Below are positions 1-9,348 of a stretch of DNA of 64,000 nt, one piece after another (the first letter of the stretch is position 1; every line of letters starts with the position of its first letter). The stretch comes from an uncultured Thermodesulfobacteriota bacterium. GTDB taxonomy: Bacteria > Desulfobacterota > Desulfarculia > JACQYL01. Where the stretch lies: NCBI GenBank assembly GCA_964597345.1, contig CAZQXK010000008.1:5991-69990 (forward strand). The letters are read 5' to 3'. The notes under the pieces are model-generated. The model saw nothing but the letters and a program-made list of their open reading frames with translations. It ran no database searches and was not told where the DNA came from. The position numbers were made by a program, and so were the translations under genes.

Positions 1-1218
1 GGCCACGTTGCCGCCTCCGATGACGGCCACTCGTTTCCCCAAAAAGACGGGTTTTCCCAGATTGGCGTTCCGCAAGTATTCCAGTCCGGGCACAACGCCT
101 GCCAGCGTCTCGCCTTCCAGACCCAGATCCTTGCATTCGTGGGAGCCGACGGCCACGAAGAAGGCGTTGTATCCTTGGCGGCGAAGCTCGGCTATGGTTA
201 TGTCCCGGCCGATTCGGACACCCGTTCGGATGTCCACCCCCATGTCGCGGATGATCCGGATTTCCGCTTCGATAATATCCCTGGGAAGCCGATACTCGGG
301 TATTCCGGCAACGAGCATGCCTCCTGCAACCGGAAGTTGCTCGAACACGGTCACCGGGTAGCCTTCCCTGGCCAGGAAATAGGCGCAACTCAGACCCGCC
401 GGACCCGAACCGATTACGGCGGCTTTTTTCGCCTTCGCTTCCTTACACGCAGGAACGTATCGTGTGGCTTCTTTCAGATCCAAATCGGCGATGAACCGCT
501 TAATGGGATTGATGGCCACGGGTTCGTCCAGATCTCCCCGTTTGCAGGTGGATTCACAGGGATGATGGCAGACACGCCCGCAAACAGCGGGGAACGGGTT
601 TTCTTCCTTGATGAGTTTCAATGCTTCCCGGAATTTGCCTTGAGCGGCCAAGGCCACGTATCCCTGCACGGAAATGTGGGCGGGGCAGGCGGCCTTGCAG
701 GGGGACGTTCCCCTCTTCTCTATGGTGAAGGCTCCGGGAATGGCCTGTGCGTATCGCTTGAAAACGGCCTTATGAGAAATCAAGCCTTCATCGTATTCGC
801 TCAGGACTTCGACGGGGCAGACTTTGGCGCACTCTCCGCAACCGGTGCACTTGGAGAGGTCCACATAACGGGGGGATTGCCGGATTCGAGCGGTGAAATT
901 ACCCGGTTGTCCTTCCAGTCCTAAGAATTCAGTTCCCGTTAAGAGTTCGATATTGCGGTGCCGGCCGACCTCGACCAGTTTGGGAGAGATGATTCACATG
1001 GCGCAATCATTGGTCGGGAACGTCTTGTCCAGTTGCGACATCAGGCCGCCTATGGCGGAGGATCGCTCCACGAGATACACATAGAAGCCTGAGTTCGCCA
1101 GATCCAGCGCGGACTGCATGCCGGCGATTCCTCCCCCCGCCACCATTACGGATCCCGAGGGGCGGACTTCGACTGTGCCGAGGCCCGGACTCGAGATGGT
1201 CTCGCTTGTACCCTGCAT
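1..1218 (-). CDS. hdrA: Selenocysteine-containing HdrA-like flavoprotein fused to a GltD/NfnB-like module (HdrL type); C-terminus runs off the left edge
   Basis: ORF 994..1218 (GGGIAG FAD motif, [11 protein letters not shown]) continues in frame past TGA 994-996 as [13 protein letters not shown], then [37 protein letters not shown] and VIGGGNVA with no further stop to position 1. Confidence 0.88.
961..978 (-). promoter_or_regulatory. Bacterial SECIS hairpin for the hdrA UGA
   Basis: Minus strand CTGGTCG-AGGT-CGGCCGG: 7-bp stem (with G-U pairs) and AGGU loop, starting 15 nt after the UGA. Confidence 0.72.
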
Positions 1219-1222
1219 ACCC

Positions 1223-2098
1223 TTACCCCCAATTCCGTTCCAGGATATCCGAGAGCCTGTCTTCCCAACCCATGGTGGAAAGCAGCACCCCTTTAAAGCC
1301 TTCGCGCTTTACGGCGGCTACGGTTTCCCCGGCGATTCGAATACATTCCGCTACCCGATCGGGAGCTTCCTGAATGCGGTCGATCAAGGCGCCGGGAATA
1401 TGGATATGACTCAGGTGCTGGTTCATGTATCGGGCCATACCCGCGGATTTGAGCAGGACTACCGTGGGAATGATGTTCAGTCGGCGGTGATCCACGCGTT
1501 TGAGAAAGGGTTCAATGGAAGAGACATCAAAAAGCGGTGGTATGACGAAGAAACGCACTCCGGCTTCTATGCGCTGATCCATTTCCCGGAGTTCGGAGTC
1601 CAGCGCCGCGCCTTCGGCCCCGGCATTGACTGTGGATCCCACCAGGAATGTAGGTGTTCCTGCAAGTTCGATGCCGGCCATGTCCCGTCCGGATTGCAGG
1701 CTTTGGATACCTCGAAGCAGTTCCAGAACCTGCACGTCGTTAACCGCTTTCGCCTGGTGATGATCGCCGAAGCTCGGGTCTTCGCCGGTGACCGCCATGA
1801 CGGTGGAGATGCCGCATGCATAAGCGGCGAGCAGGTCCGCCTGAAGTGCGATTCGGTTTCGATCGCGACAGCAGACCTGCAGTACGGCGTCCATCCCTTT
1901 TGCCTGTAGGATCATGGCGCCGCCCAGGGAACTCATGCGCATGACCGCATTGCTCATTTCGGGGACGACAAAGGCGTCTACGGCGCCCTTGACCCGGGAA
2001 GCCGAGGACACCATTCTGGAGACATCCACTCCTTTGGGGGGTTGTGCTTCCGCGAGAACGACGAATTTCCCGGCCTCAAGTTTACTTTGCATACGCAT
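1223..2098 (-). CDS. metF: Methylenetetrahydrofolate reductase family protein
   Basis: [38 protein letters not shown] motifs of MTHFR. Confidence 0.85.
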   Translation of the reverse strand: MRMQSKLEAGKFVVLAEAQPPKGVDVSRMVSSASRVKGAVDAFVVPEMSNAVMRMSSLGGAMILQAKGMDAVLQVCCRDRNRIALQADLLAAYACGISTVMAVTGEDPSFGDHHQAKAVNDVQVLELLRGIQSLQSGRDMAGIELAGTPTFLVGSTVNAGAEGAALDSELREMDQRIEAGVRFFVIPPLFDVSSIEPFLKRVDHRRLNIIPTVVLLKSAGMARYMNQHLSHIHIPGALIDRIQEAPDRVAECIRIAGETVAAVKREGFKGVLLSTMGWEDRLSDILERNWG

Positions 2099-2302
2099 GG
2101 GCGCATCTCCTGAATAATTGACTGTCCGGAAATAATTTCTTCTATACTATACTTTCAATTCGTCGGCAACCCGGAAAGGGTCTTCGTTCCTTTCCCGCTT
2201 CGGTGCGGCCCCTGGATGGATTCCGGAAAATCGGATCCCCAGGCGGCGCACGTAAAACGCAAAGGCATTCGAACGTGTGCTTCGACTTTTGAGGATAAAG
2301 AC

Positions 2303-2364
2303 GGCGGGCGAATCCCGAGGAATGAAGCGTACCTACAGTATGCCGCAATGACGGAGGATGAAGC
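2303..2364 (-). repeat. Degenerate core remnant of the MITE-like repeat
   Basis: gaatcccgaggaatgaagcgtac...tatgccgcaatgacggaggatgaagc matches the reverse complement of the repeat core; termini not recognisable. Confidence 0.65.
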
Positions 2365-2419
2365 CTGTAATGCACGCACGCCGGAGACGGGGCCGTCCGC
2401 CGCGGACGATGGGAAGGGC

Positions 2420-2447
2420 GACGGCGGCGCTGCGTGGCGCCGCCGTC
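2420..2447. terminator. GC-rich hairpin downstream of the octaheme gene
   Basis: GACGGCGGCGC-TGCGTG-GCGCCGCCGTC, 11-bp stem; no clear U tract. Confidence 0.3.
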
Positions 2448-2512
2448 CGACTGGAAAACGAAACAAACGGACAGGGTGGTTCCGTGACCCGTCTCTCGGG
2501 ATCCCGGACCCC

Positions 2513-3766
2513 TTATTTCATGGCGGTTCGGGCGCGGAGAGTCTCCGCCATTTCCTTGATCTCGGTCAAGTCTCGAGTCATTTCGCTCCACCCATACCAC
2601 AAGGCGTAATCCGGGTTGGCATGGAAGGTTCCCTGGAAGGTCCGCATACGGTGCTTCAGAAACATGACGAAGAGCCGCTGCTCAATCACCGTAGGGGCAT
2701 CGTGAAAAGCGAGTAGATCCGGAAATGCGTAAGCGTACGTTTCCGGCTTCTTCAGCGTACCGTCCTGATACAGCCCGGCCACGACGCGGATGGCTTCCGC
2801 CATGAGACGATCCGCTTCCTGGATCATCCGATCCCCTTTTTCCAGTTCCGCCCGTGCGAAGTTCATGGAATGACACTGGTTGCAGACCGCAAGCATCTTG
2901 TTTCGTTCCTGCTGCCAGTCTTCCTGGGTCAATCGGGCCAAGTCCGCGGCTTTGACCACATCCAGGCGAGGCGTGGGGTTCCCCTTGGGGTCCAACACCC
3001 CCAAAGCCTGGAGGATGGTGGCTCGATCCGCCGCCCATTGCTTGTCCGCCGGCATGGGGAGTCTCACCGCCAGAAATCCCCAGGCGGTGCGTACCGCATG
3101 ATTACCCTGGTTCATATGGCAGGTCTGGCAGGTGGGTGCGGCCACGGCTTCGGGGAGAATGTTCTTTTGCTTCAGGAGATACCGAACTCCGTGCTTGGAC
3201 GATGAGTACATTTCCCACTGGGGATGATCGAATCCCATGTGACAGGTTTGGCAAGCCTGGGGCTGCCGGGCCTCTTGAGCCGAGAACAGATGGCGCGTAT
3301 GACAGGCATCGCAGGATCCCACCCCGAATCCCGCTCCGCCGGCGGCCAATTCCTTCATTTCCGCCTCGGACTTGATTCCGATCTTATGGCAACCGCCGCA
3401 TCCCTTCATGCCCTCGGTCAGGGTCATGGGTTGCCAGTGGGCCGTGGGCATGGCTTTCATGGCGGCCCACGCCAGGGCGTGTTTGCCGGCTTTGAACTGG
3501 GTGACCTGAGGTTCGTGGCAGGCCTCGCACGTTTCCGGGGTGGCGAGACGAGCTTCCGCCACGTCGTCCGCGGACTTGTGCTTATCCCCGTGACACACGG
3601 CGCAATCCACGTCGTTCTTGCTGTGGTGGCTTAAACCCCAGTCCGTAACGATCTGGGGCGTAATCCGCTTATGGCATTCCACACAGGTTTCCGAGCCCAC
3701 CACGGCGCCTGCCGCTGCAACCATGCAGAGAACCGCAAACAACCACACGCACCCTTTCCATTTCAT
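2513..3766 (-). CDS. Periplasmic octaheme cytochrome c, hydroxylamine oxidoreductase (HAO) family
   Basis: Signal peptide MKWKGCVWLFAVL...AGA, 8 CxxCH motifs, FDHPQWEMY and HANPDY motifs; RBS AAGGGGGA before ATG 3766. Confidence 0.85.
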   Translation of the reverse strand: MKWKGCVWLFAVLCMVAAAGAVVGSETCVECHKRITPQIVTDWGLSHHSKNDVDCAVCHGDKHKSADDVAEARLATPETCEACHEPQVTQFKAGKHALAWAAMKAMPTAHWQPMTLTEGMKGCGGCHKIGIKSEAEMKELAAGGAGFGVGSCDACHTRHLFSAQEARQPQACQTCHMGFDHPQWEMYSSSKHGVRYLLKQKNILPEAVAAPTCQTCHMNQGNHAVRTAWGFLAVRLPMPADKQWAADRATILQALGVLDPKGNPTPRLDVVKAADLARLTQEDWQQERNKMLAVCNQCHSMNFARAELEKGDRMIQEADRLMAEAIRVVAGLYQDGTLKKPETYAYAFPDLLAFHDAPTVIEQRLFVMFLKHRMRTFQGTFHANPDYALWYGWSEMTRDLTEIKEMAETLRARTAMK

Positions 3767-3863
3767 ACGTTCCCCCTTGGTTTGTGGTTCTTTCTTCCAG
3801 TTCACCACATACGGCAACCCCATCGGAAGCAGGACGGACGGGAACAGCCGAAACTCTTTCTCA

Positions 3864-3892
3864 TTTAAACCGTGCATGCGGGTTCCTGTCAA
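3864..3892 (-). promoter_or_regulatory. Putative sigma70 promoter of the octaheme gene
   Basis: Minus strand TTGACA-N17-TTTAAA about 100 bp before the start. Confidence 0.4.
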
Positions 3893-4141
3893 GAATATCC
3901 GGATCCTTGTGAGCGCGCCGTGGGAGGGTTGCTTGCGGAGAACCTTCGAAGGAGGTCGGGACGTGGAAACGCATCGCCGGATTCGAAAAGCTCGGGAAGG
4001 GTTTGGATCTTTTGGGGACGACGGATCTTCTCACGGAGATCGGGAGGAACATGGGAAGAATGTAATCCTGATTCCCGCCGGCTCACACAGGCCCACGTGA
4101 ACGGTGAGCCTGGATGGGCGCGGACATCGAAGACATGGGGT

Positions 4142-4897
4142 TTACGAGGCTTTCGAGTGCTTACGGAGGATCTCCCCGTTCCGGGCGATGACGACCTCTT
4201 CCATGGGGATGTTCTTTCCGGCCATCTCCATGCCCTTGTGCACGATTCGCGGAAGGGCGGAACAGCAGGGGACTTCCATATCCACGACGGTCACTTTCCG
4301 GATTTCGGCGGCGGCGAATATGTCGGCGAATCGTTGCACGTACTCATTGATATCGTCGAACTTGGGGCAACCCAGGAGCACCGTTTTGCCCTCCAGGAAA
4401 TCCTGGTGAAATCGAGGGTACGCCACGGGCGCACAGTCCGCGGCCACCAGGAGATGAGCCCCCTTGAGGAAAGGAGCCGTTGGGGGAACCAGGCGTATCT
4501 GGACCGGCCAATGCGTCAGTGCGGAGACTCCGGACACGCCGGCCTCGGGGGATGGGGTTCGCTCCGGCGGTCCGGGAGTTCGAAACAGGGAAACCGCGGC
4601 GGAAGGACACCCTGCAGGAATCGCCGAAGGACGGCTGGACTCCGATTCCTCCTTTCGTTTCAGGTAGTCCTCCACGGCCTCCTCATCGAATTCGTCCGCT
4701 TCCCGTTCAATGATCTTGAGGGCGCCGGTGGGGCATTCCCCCAAACAGGCTCCCAGACCGTCGCAATACTTCTCCGCAACGAGCCGAGCCTTGCCGTCAT
4801 GAATTTCGATGGCGCCTTCCGCGCAGGAGGGCACGCAGTTTCCGCAGCCGTCGCATAATTCGTCGTCAATTTCTATGATTTTCCGTTTTACGTTCAT
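4142..4897 (-). CDS. 4Fe-4S dicluster ferredoxin-domain protein of the type found beside hcp
   Basis: CDGCGNCVPSC, CDGLGACLGECP, HWPVQI, GCPKFD, MEVPCC. Confidence 0.8.
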   Translation of the reverse strand: MNVKRKIIEIDDELCDGCGNCVPSCAEGAIEIHDGKARLVAEKYCDGLGACLGECPTGALKIIEREADEFDEEAVEDYLKRKEESESSRPSAIPAGCPSAAVSLFRTPGPPERTPSPEAGVSGVSALTHWPVQIRLVPPTAPFLKGAHLLVAADCAPVAYPRFHQDFLEGKTVLLGCPKFDDINEYVQRFADIFAAAEIRKVTVVDMEVPCCSALPRIVHKGMEMAGKNIPMEEVVIARNGEILRKHSKAS

Positions 4898-4922
4898 GGA
4901 ATTCTCCTCTAACAGCCCCAAC

Positions 4923-5681
4923 TTATTCGGAGACGGCGCCCGTTCCACCGGATTCGAAACCGAGAACTCTTTGGGCCAGTTCCTTTCCACTTTGGGTCAG
5001 GAAGGCCTTGGCAAGCAAACGTTCGATTCGGTCGGGCGAGAGGGGTTGCTCTTTGTGCTCCTCTTCCAGGTTGGTGATGAGATCCGCGTCGTACACGGTC
5101 TTGAAGTTCACCGTTTCCTCGGGTCGAGGAGCGTGATGGTGGCCGATGATGTCACACACTTCATCGATGAGCGGCGCCGCCGCCCCCAGCTCGGTGAGCA
5201 ATTTCCTGGCAATGGGCGGCCCTTCCTCATGCTGGTATCGGGGCGCGGTGCTCTGATACTTGCGCTCCGCCTCCGGGATGCCGATATCGTGCAGATAAGC
5301 CGCACAAAGGATCACGGCCGGATTGGCTTTCTCTTTGCGGCCGATTTCTTCCGCGTATCGGGCCACACGGCCGGCGTGACCGATGCGCTTGAAGTCCCGT
5401 TTGAAGTACCGCTTCATTTCCACGGCCACCCGGTCTTTGAGGAGGTCTTCCCGGCCGGCCAATACCTCGGGAGGAAGGTCGCCGATACATTGTTCCGCAT
5501 ATTTGCAGTATGCGGCGCAACCGAAGTCCATCCTGGGATTCACCATGCGTTCCCCGCAGTTCCGGCATTTCCGGGAAGGTTCGTCCTTGAAGAACTCGAC
5601 TTCGTACCCGCACTTGGGGCACTTGGCCTCGTAGATGGCTCCGGGCTTCCAGTATTGCGTTTCCTGTCCTGGGCATTTCAT
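4923..5681 (-). CDS. HD-domain phosphohydrolase with Cys-rich N-terminal domain
   Basis: H..A, YLHDIG, GHHH, DAD motifs; N-terminal CPKC, CRNC, CAAYC..C. Confidence 0.8.
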   Translation of the reverse strand: MKCPGQETQYWKPGAIYEAKCPKCGYEVEFFKDEPSRKCRNCGERMVNPRMDFGCAAYCKYAEQCIGDLPPEVLAGREDLLKDRVAVEMKRYFKRDFKRIGHAGRVARYAEEIGRKEKANPAVILCAAYLHDIGIPEAERKYQSTAPRYQHEEGPPIARKLLTELGAAAPLIDEVCDIIGHHHAPRPEETVNFKTVYDADLITNLEEEHKEQPLSPDRIERLLAKAFLTQSGKELAQRVLGFESGGTGAVSE

Positions 5682-5767
5682 GGAGGAACTCCTGTTGCAG
5701 CCGTTTAGGTTCGGATCGAACCGGTGGGGGGGACGGAATGAACCCTTCGCCCCCCGACGGGTCCAGT

Positions 5768-7396
5768 TTATCCCAGGATGGCCTTCAGGTCATCCTCAGG
5801 GGTGGTGACAGGCATGATGTTGAAGTTTTTTACCAGGACGTCCAGCACGTCGGGAGTGACGAAAGCCGGAAGCGAGGGTCCCAAGCGGATGTCCCGGATC
5901 CCTAAATGAAGCAGGGTCAGCAGGATGGCCACGGCTTTTTGCTCATACCAGGACAGGATCATGGACAGGGGCAGGTCGTTGACGCCGCAGTTGAAAGCAC
6001 CGGCCAGGGCCACGGCGATTTGGATGGCTGAGTAGGCATCGTTGCACTGCCCGATATCCAGGAGCCGGGGGATTCCGCCGATGGTCCCCAAGTCCTTGTC
6101 GAAGAAGCGAAACTTCCCGCACGCAAGGGTCAATACCACGCTATCCTGGGGTACCTGTTCCACGAAACGGGTATAGTAATTGCGGCCCGGTTTGGCGCCG
6201 TCGCAGCCCGCCACCAGGAAGAAGTGTTTAATGGCGCCGCTCTTGACGGCGTCAATGACCTTGTCCGCCACACTCATCACGGCGTTCCGCCCGAAACCGC
6301 AGAGAACCTCTTTCCCCGGCGCGTCCTCGACGAAACCCGGAAGTTCCAGGGCCTTTTGAATGACGGACGAGAAGTCGCGGTTCGAAATGTGCGGTACTTC
6401 CGGCCATCCCACCAGCCCGGAAGTGAATATGTGGTCCTTATAAGAGCCCTGCGGCTTCTGGATGCAGTTGGTAGTCATCAAAACGGCTCCCGGAAAATCT
6501 CCGAATTCGCGGATTTGATTCTGCCAGGCCGTTCCGAAGTGGCCGTAGAAATGGTCATACTTCTTGAGTTCGGGGTAAGCGTGAGTGGGGAGCATTTCAC
6601 CATGGGTATACACATAGATGCCCTTACCCTGCGACTGCTTGAGTATTTCTTCCAGGTCTTTCAGGTCATGCCCGGACACCAGGATGGCCTTGCCTTTCTT
6701 GTGTCCCAGAGGCACGGGAGTAGGCGCCGGGTGTCCGTATGTCCCCGTGTTCCCGGCGTCCAGAAGTTCCATGGCCCGCAGATTCACTTCTCCGGCCTTG
6801 AGTGTCAGTCCGATCCAATCGTCCAGGGTCAGGTTCGGGTTCTGAGTGGCCGCAAGTCCTTCATGGATGAAGCTGTAAACTTTTTCGTCCTCCCGCCCGA
6901 GGATCTGAGCATGATCCGCATACGCCGAGATCCCCTTGATCCCATACGTGGTGGTCTGTTGGAGGGAGTGAATGTTCGCGTCGATATCGGGGTCGGACTT
7001 GACTCCCAGACTTTCTCCCTGGCGGATCAAACCGGCCGTCGTGGTCTCGGGGGCGAAGGTCGCCGCCGCGTTTGCGAAATCCGCCCGGCCTCCCGCGGAC
7101 TTGATTCGGGACCGGAGGTTTTCCCTGAGTTCGACGGCCCGGTGGATTAAGGGAGGAAAACGCTCCGGGTCGAAATTCACATTGGTCAGTGTGGAAAAGC
7201 ATGCCTCGCATGTGAACCGGTTGACTTCCGCGTCGCTCACTCCTGCCTTGCGGCCTTCCACCGCCACTTGAGACAAACCCTTGAGTGCGTGCAACAGAGT
7301 GTCCTGCAGCGTCGCCACCTCGTGAGTCTTTCCACACACTCCGATCTGAGTGCATCCCTGACCTTTCGCCGTCTGTTCGCACTGGTAACAAAACAT
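5768..7396 (-). CDS. hcp: Hybrid cluster protein (hydroxylamine reductase / NO reductase)
   Basis: MFCYQCEQT..GCT..GVCGK N-terminus, SGHDL, HGEM, TTNC, GCDG, GQCND, WYEQKA. Confidence 0.96.
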   Translation of the reverse strand: MFCYQCEQTAKGQGCTQIGVCGKTHEVATLQDTLLHALKGLSQVAVEGRKAGVSDAEVNRFTCEACFSTLTNVNFDPERFPPLIHRAVELRENLRSRIKSAGGRADFANAAATFAPETTTAGLIRQGESLGVKSDPDIDANIHSLQQTTTYGIKGISAYADHAQILGREDEKVYSFIHEGLAATQNPNLTLDDWIGLTLKAGEVNLRAMELLDAGNTGTYGHPAPTPVPLGHKKGKAILVSGHDLKDLEEILKQSQGKGIYVYTHGEMLPTHAYPELKKYDHFYGHFGTAWQNQIREFGDFPGAVLMTTNCIQKPQGSYKDHIFTSGLVGWPEVPHISNRDFSSVIQKALELPGFVEDAPGKEVLCGFGRNAVMSVADKVIDAVKSGAIKHFFLVAGCDGAKPGRNYYTRFVEQVPQDSVVLTLACGKFRFFDKDLGTIGGIPRLLDIGQCNDAYSAIQIAVALAGAFNCGVNDLPLSMILSWYEQKAVAILLTLLHLGIRDIRLGPSLPAFVTPDVLDVLVKNFNIMPVTTPEDDLKAILG

Positions 7397-7507
7397 GATG
7401 GACCTCCTTTGGGTTAATGCATCAAATGGGTGAAACTTGGACGTCTATAACGAGTCGTATTCCGGCCTTCTTTAGAACCAAGGTATCGTGGATTTCCTTG
7501 AAACGAT

Positions 7508-7521
7508 TTGATCTAGGTCAA
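7508..7521. promoter_or_regulatory. HcpR (Crp/Fnr-type) box upstream of hcp
   Basis: TTGA-TCTAGG-TCAA palindrome about 110 bp before the hcp ATG; near-identical to 8561-8574. Confidence 0.72.
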
Positions 7522-7537
7522 GCGATTGCACATTATT

Positions 7538-8332
7538 TTAGAATCCTTTCCGAACGAACTCCAAGCCGACCCCGGCCAGGATTTCCCCAAACCGTTGTCC
7601 CTGGGTGCAATGGCGCATGTACACATCCAGACAACGATCCAGAAGATCGGGAACCTCGTGGCGCCCGTAGATGGTTTCGAGAGGCGTCCCCAGTTGGGGA
7701 TGCCGCCCCAGTTTTCCACCCAACAGGATCCGGAATCCTGTTTTCCCCGAATCCAGTGTTCCCGAAGGACATACGCGGACGCATTGCCCGCAACCCAGGC
7801 ACAGGTCCGAGAGCAGGGATGGACGCGACACGGTTTCGTCCCATGCGACGGCCCGCTCCCGGCACGCCTCCCGGCATTCCCTGCAATTCCGGCATTCCTC
7901 GGGTTGAAGCCGGGGGTACATCACGCCGACGAGTCCCACATCTACGATCTGCGGGCGGGAACATGCGTTGGGGCACAGAGCCAGGGTGACGCAGAACTCG
8001 TGATGCGGTTTCAATGGTCCTTGCACCCGCCCGCGCAGAAAGGATTTCAGGTTTCGAATTCGAAGGCGCTCTTCGAGTTCATCCGCGAGCCCCTCGTCGG
8101 AAACGGCCCTGTTCGGGCAATCCTGAGTTCCGAAGCAGGTTTCCACCCGATATCCGGCCACCTCCGATTCCATGTTTTCGAGAAATCTTCGCCGGCAGGT
8201 TTCCAGGTGTTCCGGCCCCACTTCGGCGGCTCCGCACCGGCGGGCTTCCTCGTCCACCCGTTTCCGAACACGGCGGCGGACGAAGAACGGCACTCTTTTC
8301 AAGGCATGTTCTGCTTCCGGGCTCCATTTCAT
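7538..8332 (-). CDS. Nitrite/sulfite reductase 4Fe-4S-domain protein with ferredoxin insert and short N-terminal helical domain
   Basis: MKWSPEAEHALKRVPFFVR start; CFGTQDC and CPNAC siroheme/4Fe-4S-type ligands; CRNCRECREAC, CLGCGQCVRVC. The upstream extension to 8524 is read through a repeat copy. Confidence 0.75.
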   Translation of the reverse strand: MKWSPEAEHALKRVPFFVRRRVRKRVDEEARRCGAAEVGPEHLETCRRRFLENMESEVAGYRVETCFGTQDCPNRAVSDEGLADELEERLRIRNLKSFLRGRVQGPLKPHHEFCVTLALCPNACSRPQIVDVGLVGVMYPRLQPEECRNCRECREACRERAVAWDETVSRPSLLSDLCLGCGQCVRVCPSGTLDSGKTGFRILLGGKLGRHPQLGTPLETIYGRHEVPDLLDRCLDVYMRHCTQGQRFGEILAGVGLEFVRKGF

Positions 8333-8347
8333 TCCGAACACTCCGTA

Positions 8348-8505
8348 ACAGGCCGTCGAAAGACGCGATCTGCGGTGTTGAGCCTCATCCTTCGTCATTG
8401 CGGCGCACTGTAGGTACGCCCCATTCCTCAGGATTCGCGCGCGCCTTGCTTGCATCCCATCGTTTTTCACCAGCCTGCCCGCAATACGGTTTACCAACGG
8501 GCTGG
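8348..8505 (+). mobile_element. MITE-like structured repeat, full length
   Basis: CAGGCCGTCGAAAGAC...CCAACGGGCTG termini, conserved core, TA on both flanks (8346-47, 8506-07). Confidence 0.8.
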
Positions 8506-8560
8506 TAAGAGGGAATCGAACCACGTGATCTCAGGATATGCCCCGGACAACGGATTGGCT

Positions 8561-8589
8561 TTGACTTAGGTCAAGGGGACCTATACATT
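8561..8589 (+). promoter_or_regulatory. Second HcpR box overlapping the -35 of the regulator's own promoter
   Basis: TTGA-CTTAGG-TCAA at 8561-8574; TTGACT-N17-TACATT before ATG 8608. Confidence 0.68.
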
Positions 8590-8607
8590 AGGCGTGGAGA
8601 GTTATGG

Positions 8608-9294
8608 ATGGACATTGCGCGGTTTCTTTCCAGAGTGCCCCTCTTCGAAGCATTGCCGACGGAACAGTTGGATCGTCTGGCGGCCATCGTGGTGGAGAAA
8701 CGTCTGTCCAAGGGCGACACCGTTTTTCTCGAGGGCGATGAAGGAAACGGCTTCTATGTGGTGGTCGCTGGCAGAGTAAAAGTCTTCAAGGTGTCCCCGG
8801 AGGGCAAGGAGCAGATTCTGCACATCCTGGGGGCCGGAGAGCCCTTCGGGGAAGTGGCCGTGTTTGCGGGACGGCGATTTCCGGCGCATTCCATGGCCAT
8901 GGAACCGAGCCGGGTGCTTTTTTTCGCGCGAAAGAGCTTCATCGCCCTCATCGAGCGACATCCGTCGGTGGCGCTGAACATGCTGGCGATTCTCTCCAGG
9001 AGACTTCGAGTGTTCACGCACCTGATCGACGACCTGTCCCTGAAGGAAGTACCGGGACGCCTTTCCGCGTATCTGCTCTCCCGGAGTCGCCGGGACGAGG
9101 GAAGTCCGGAGTTCGAGCTGGACATTTCCAAGGGGCAACTGGCCGGCCGCCTGGGGACGATTCCCGAAACCCTGTCCAGGATACTGGCCAAGATGGTCCG
9201 GAACAAACTCATCGAGCTGGACGGTCCCCGGATTCGAATTCTCGACCGCCAGGGATTGGAGGATCTCGTTTCTTCGACCCGCCGCCTTTCTTGA
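8608..9294 (+). CDS. hcpR: Crp/Fnr family transcriptional regulator (HcpR-like)
   Basis: cNMP-binding fold (GEPFGE), HTH GTIPETLSR, divergent from the hcp cluster. Confidence 0.85.
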   Translation: MDIARFLSRVPLFEALPTEQLDRLAAIVVEKRLSKGDTVFLEGDEGNGFYVVVAGRVKVFKVSPEGKEQILHILGAGEPFGEVAVFAGRRFPAHSMAMEPSRVLFFARKSFIALIERHPSVALNMLAILSRRLRVFTHLIDDLSLKEVPGRLSAYLLSRSRRDEGSPEFELDISKGQLAGRLGTIPETLSRILAKMVRNKLIELDGPRIRILDRQGLEDLVSSTRRLS

Positions 9295-9348
9295 GATGCT
9301 CCAAAACCCTTTCCTGCCCTGAAACCTTTACGCACGGATTCCCATGCC

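Noticed and set aside
5768-7396. hcp read as type VI secretion Hcp
   Set aside because: The sequence is the 542-aa hybrid cluster protein; the gene symbol is only a homonym
7538-8524. N-terminal extensions in the ORF track (also 29998..32130) and short ORFs such as MKNAIC...PSSLRRT
   Set aside because: They are translations of the MITE-like repeat, not protein-coding sequence
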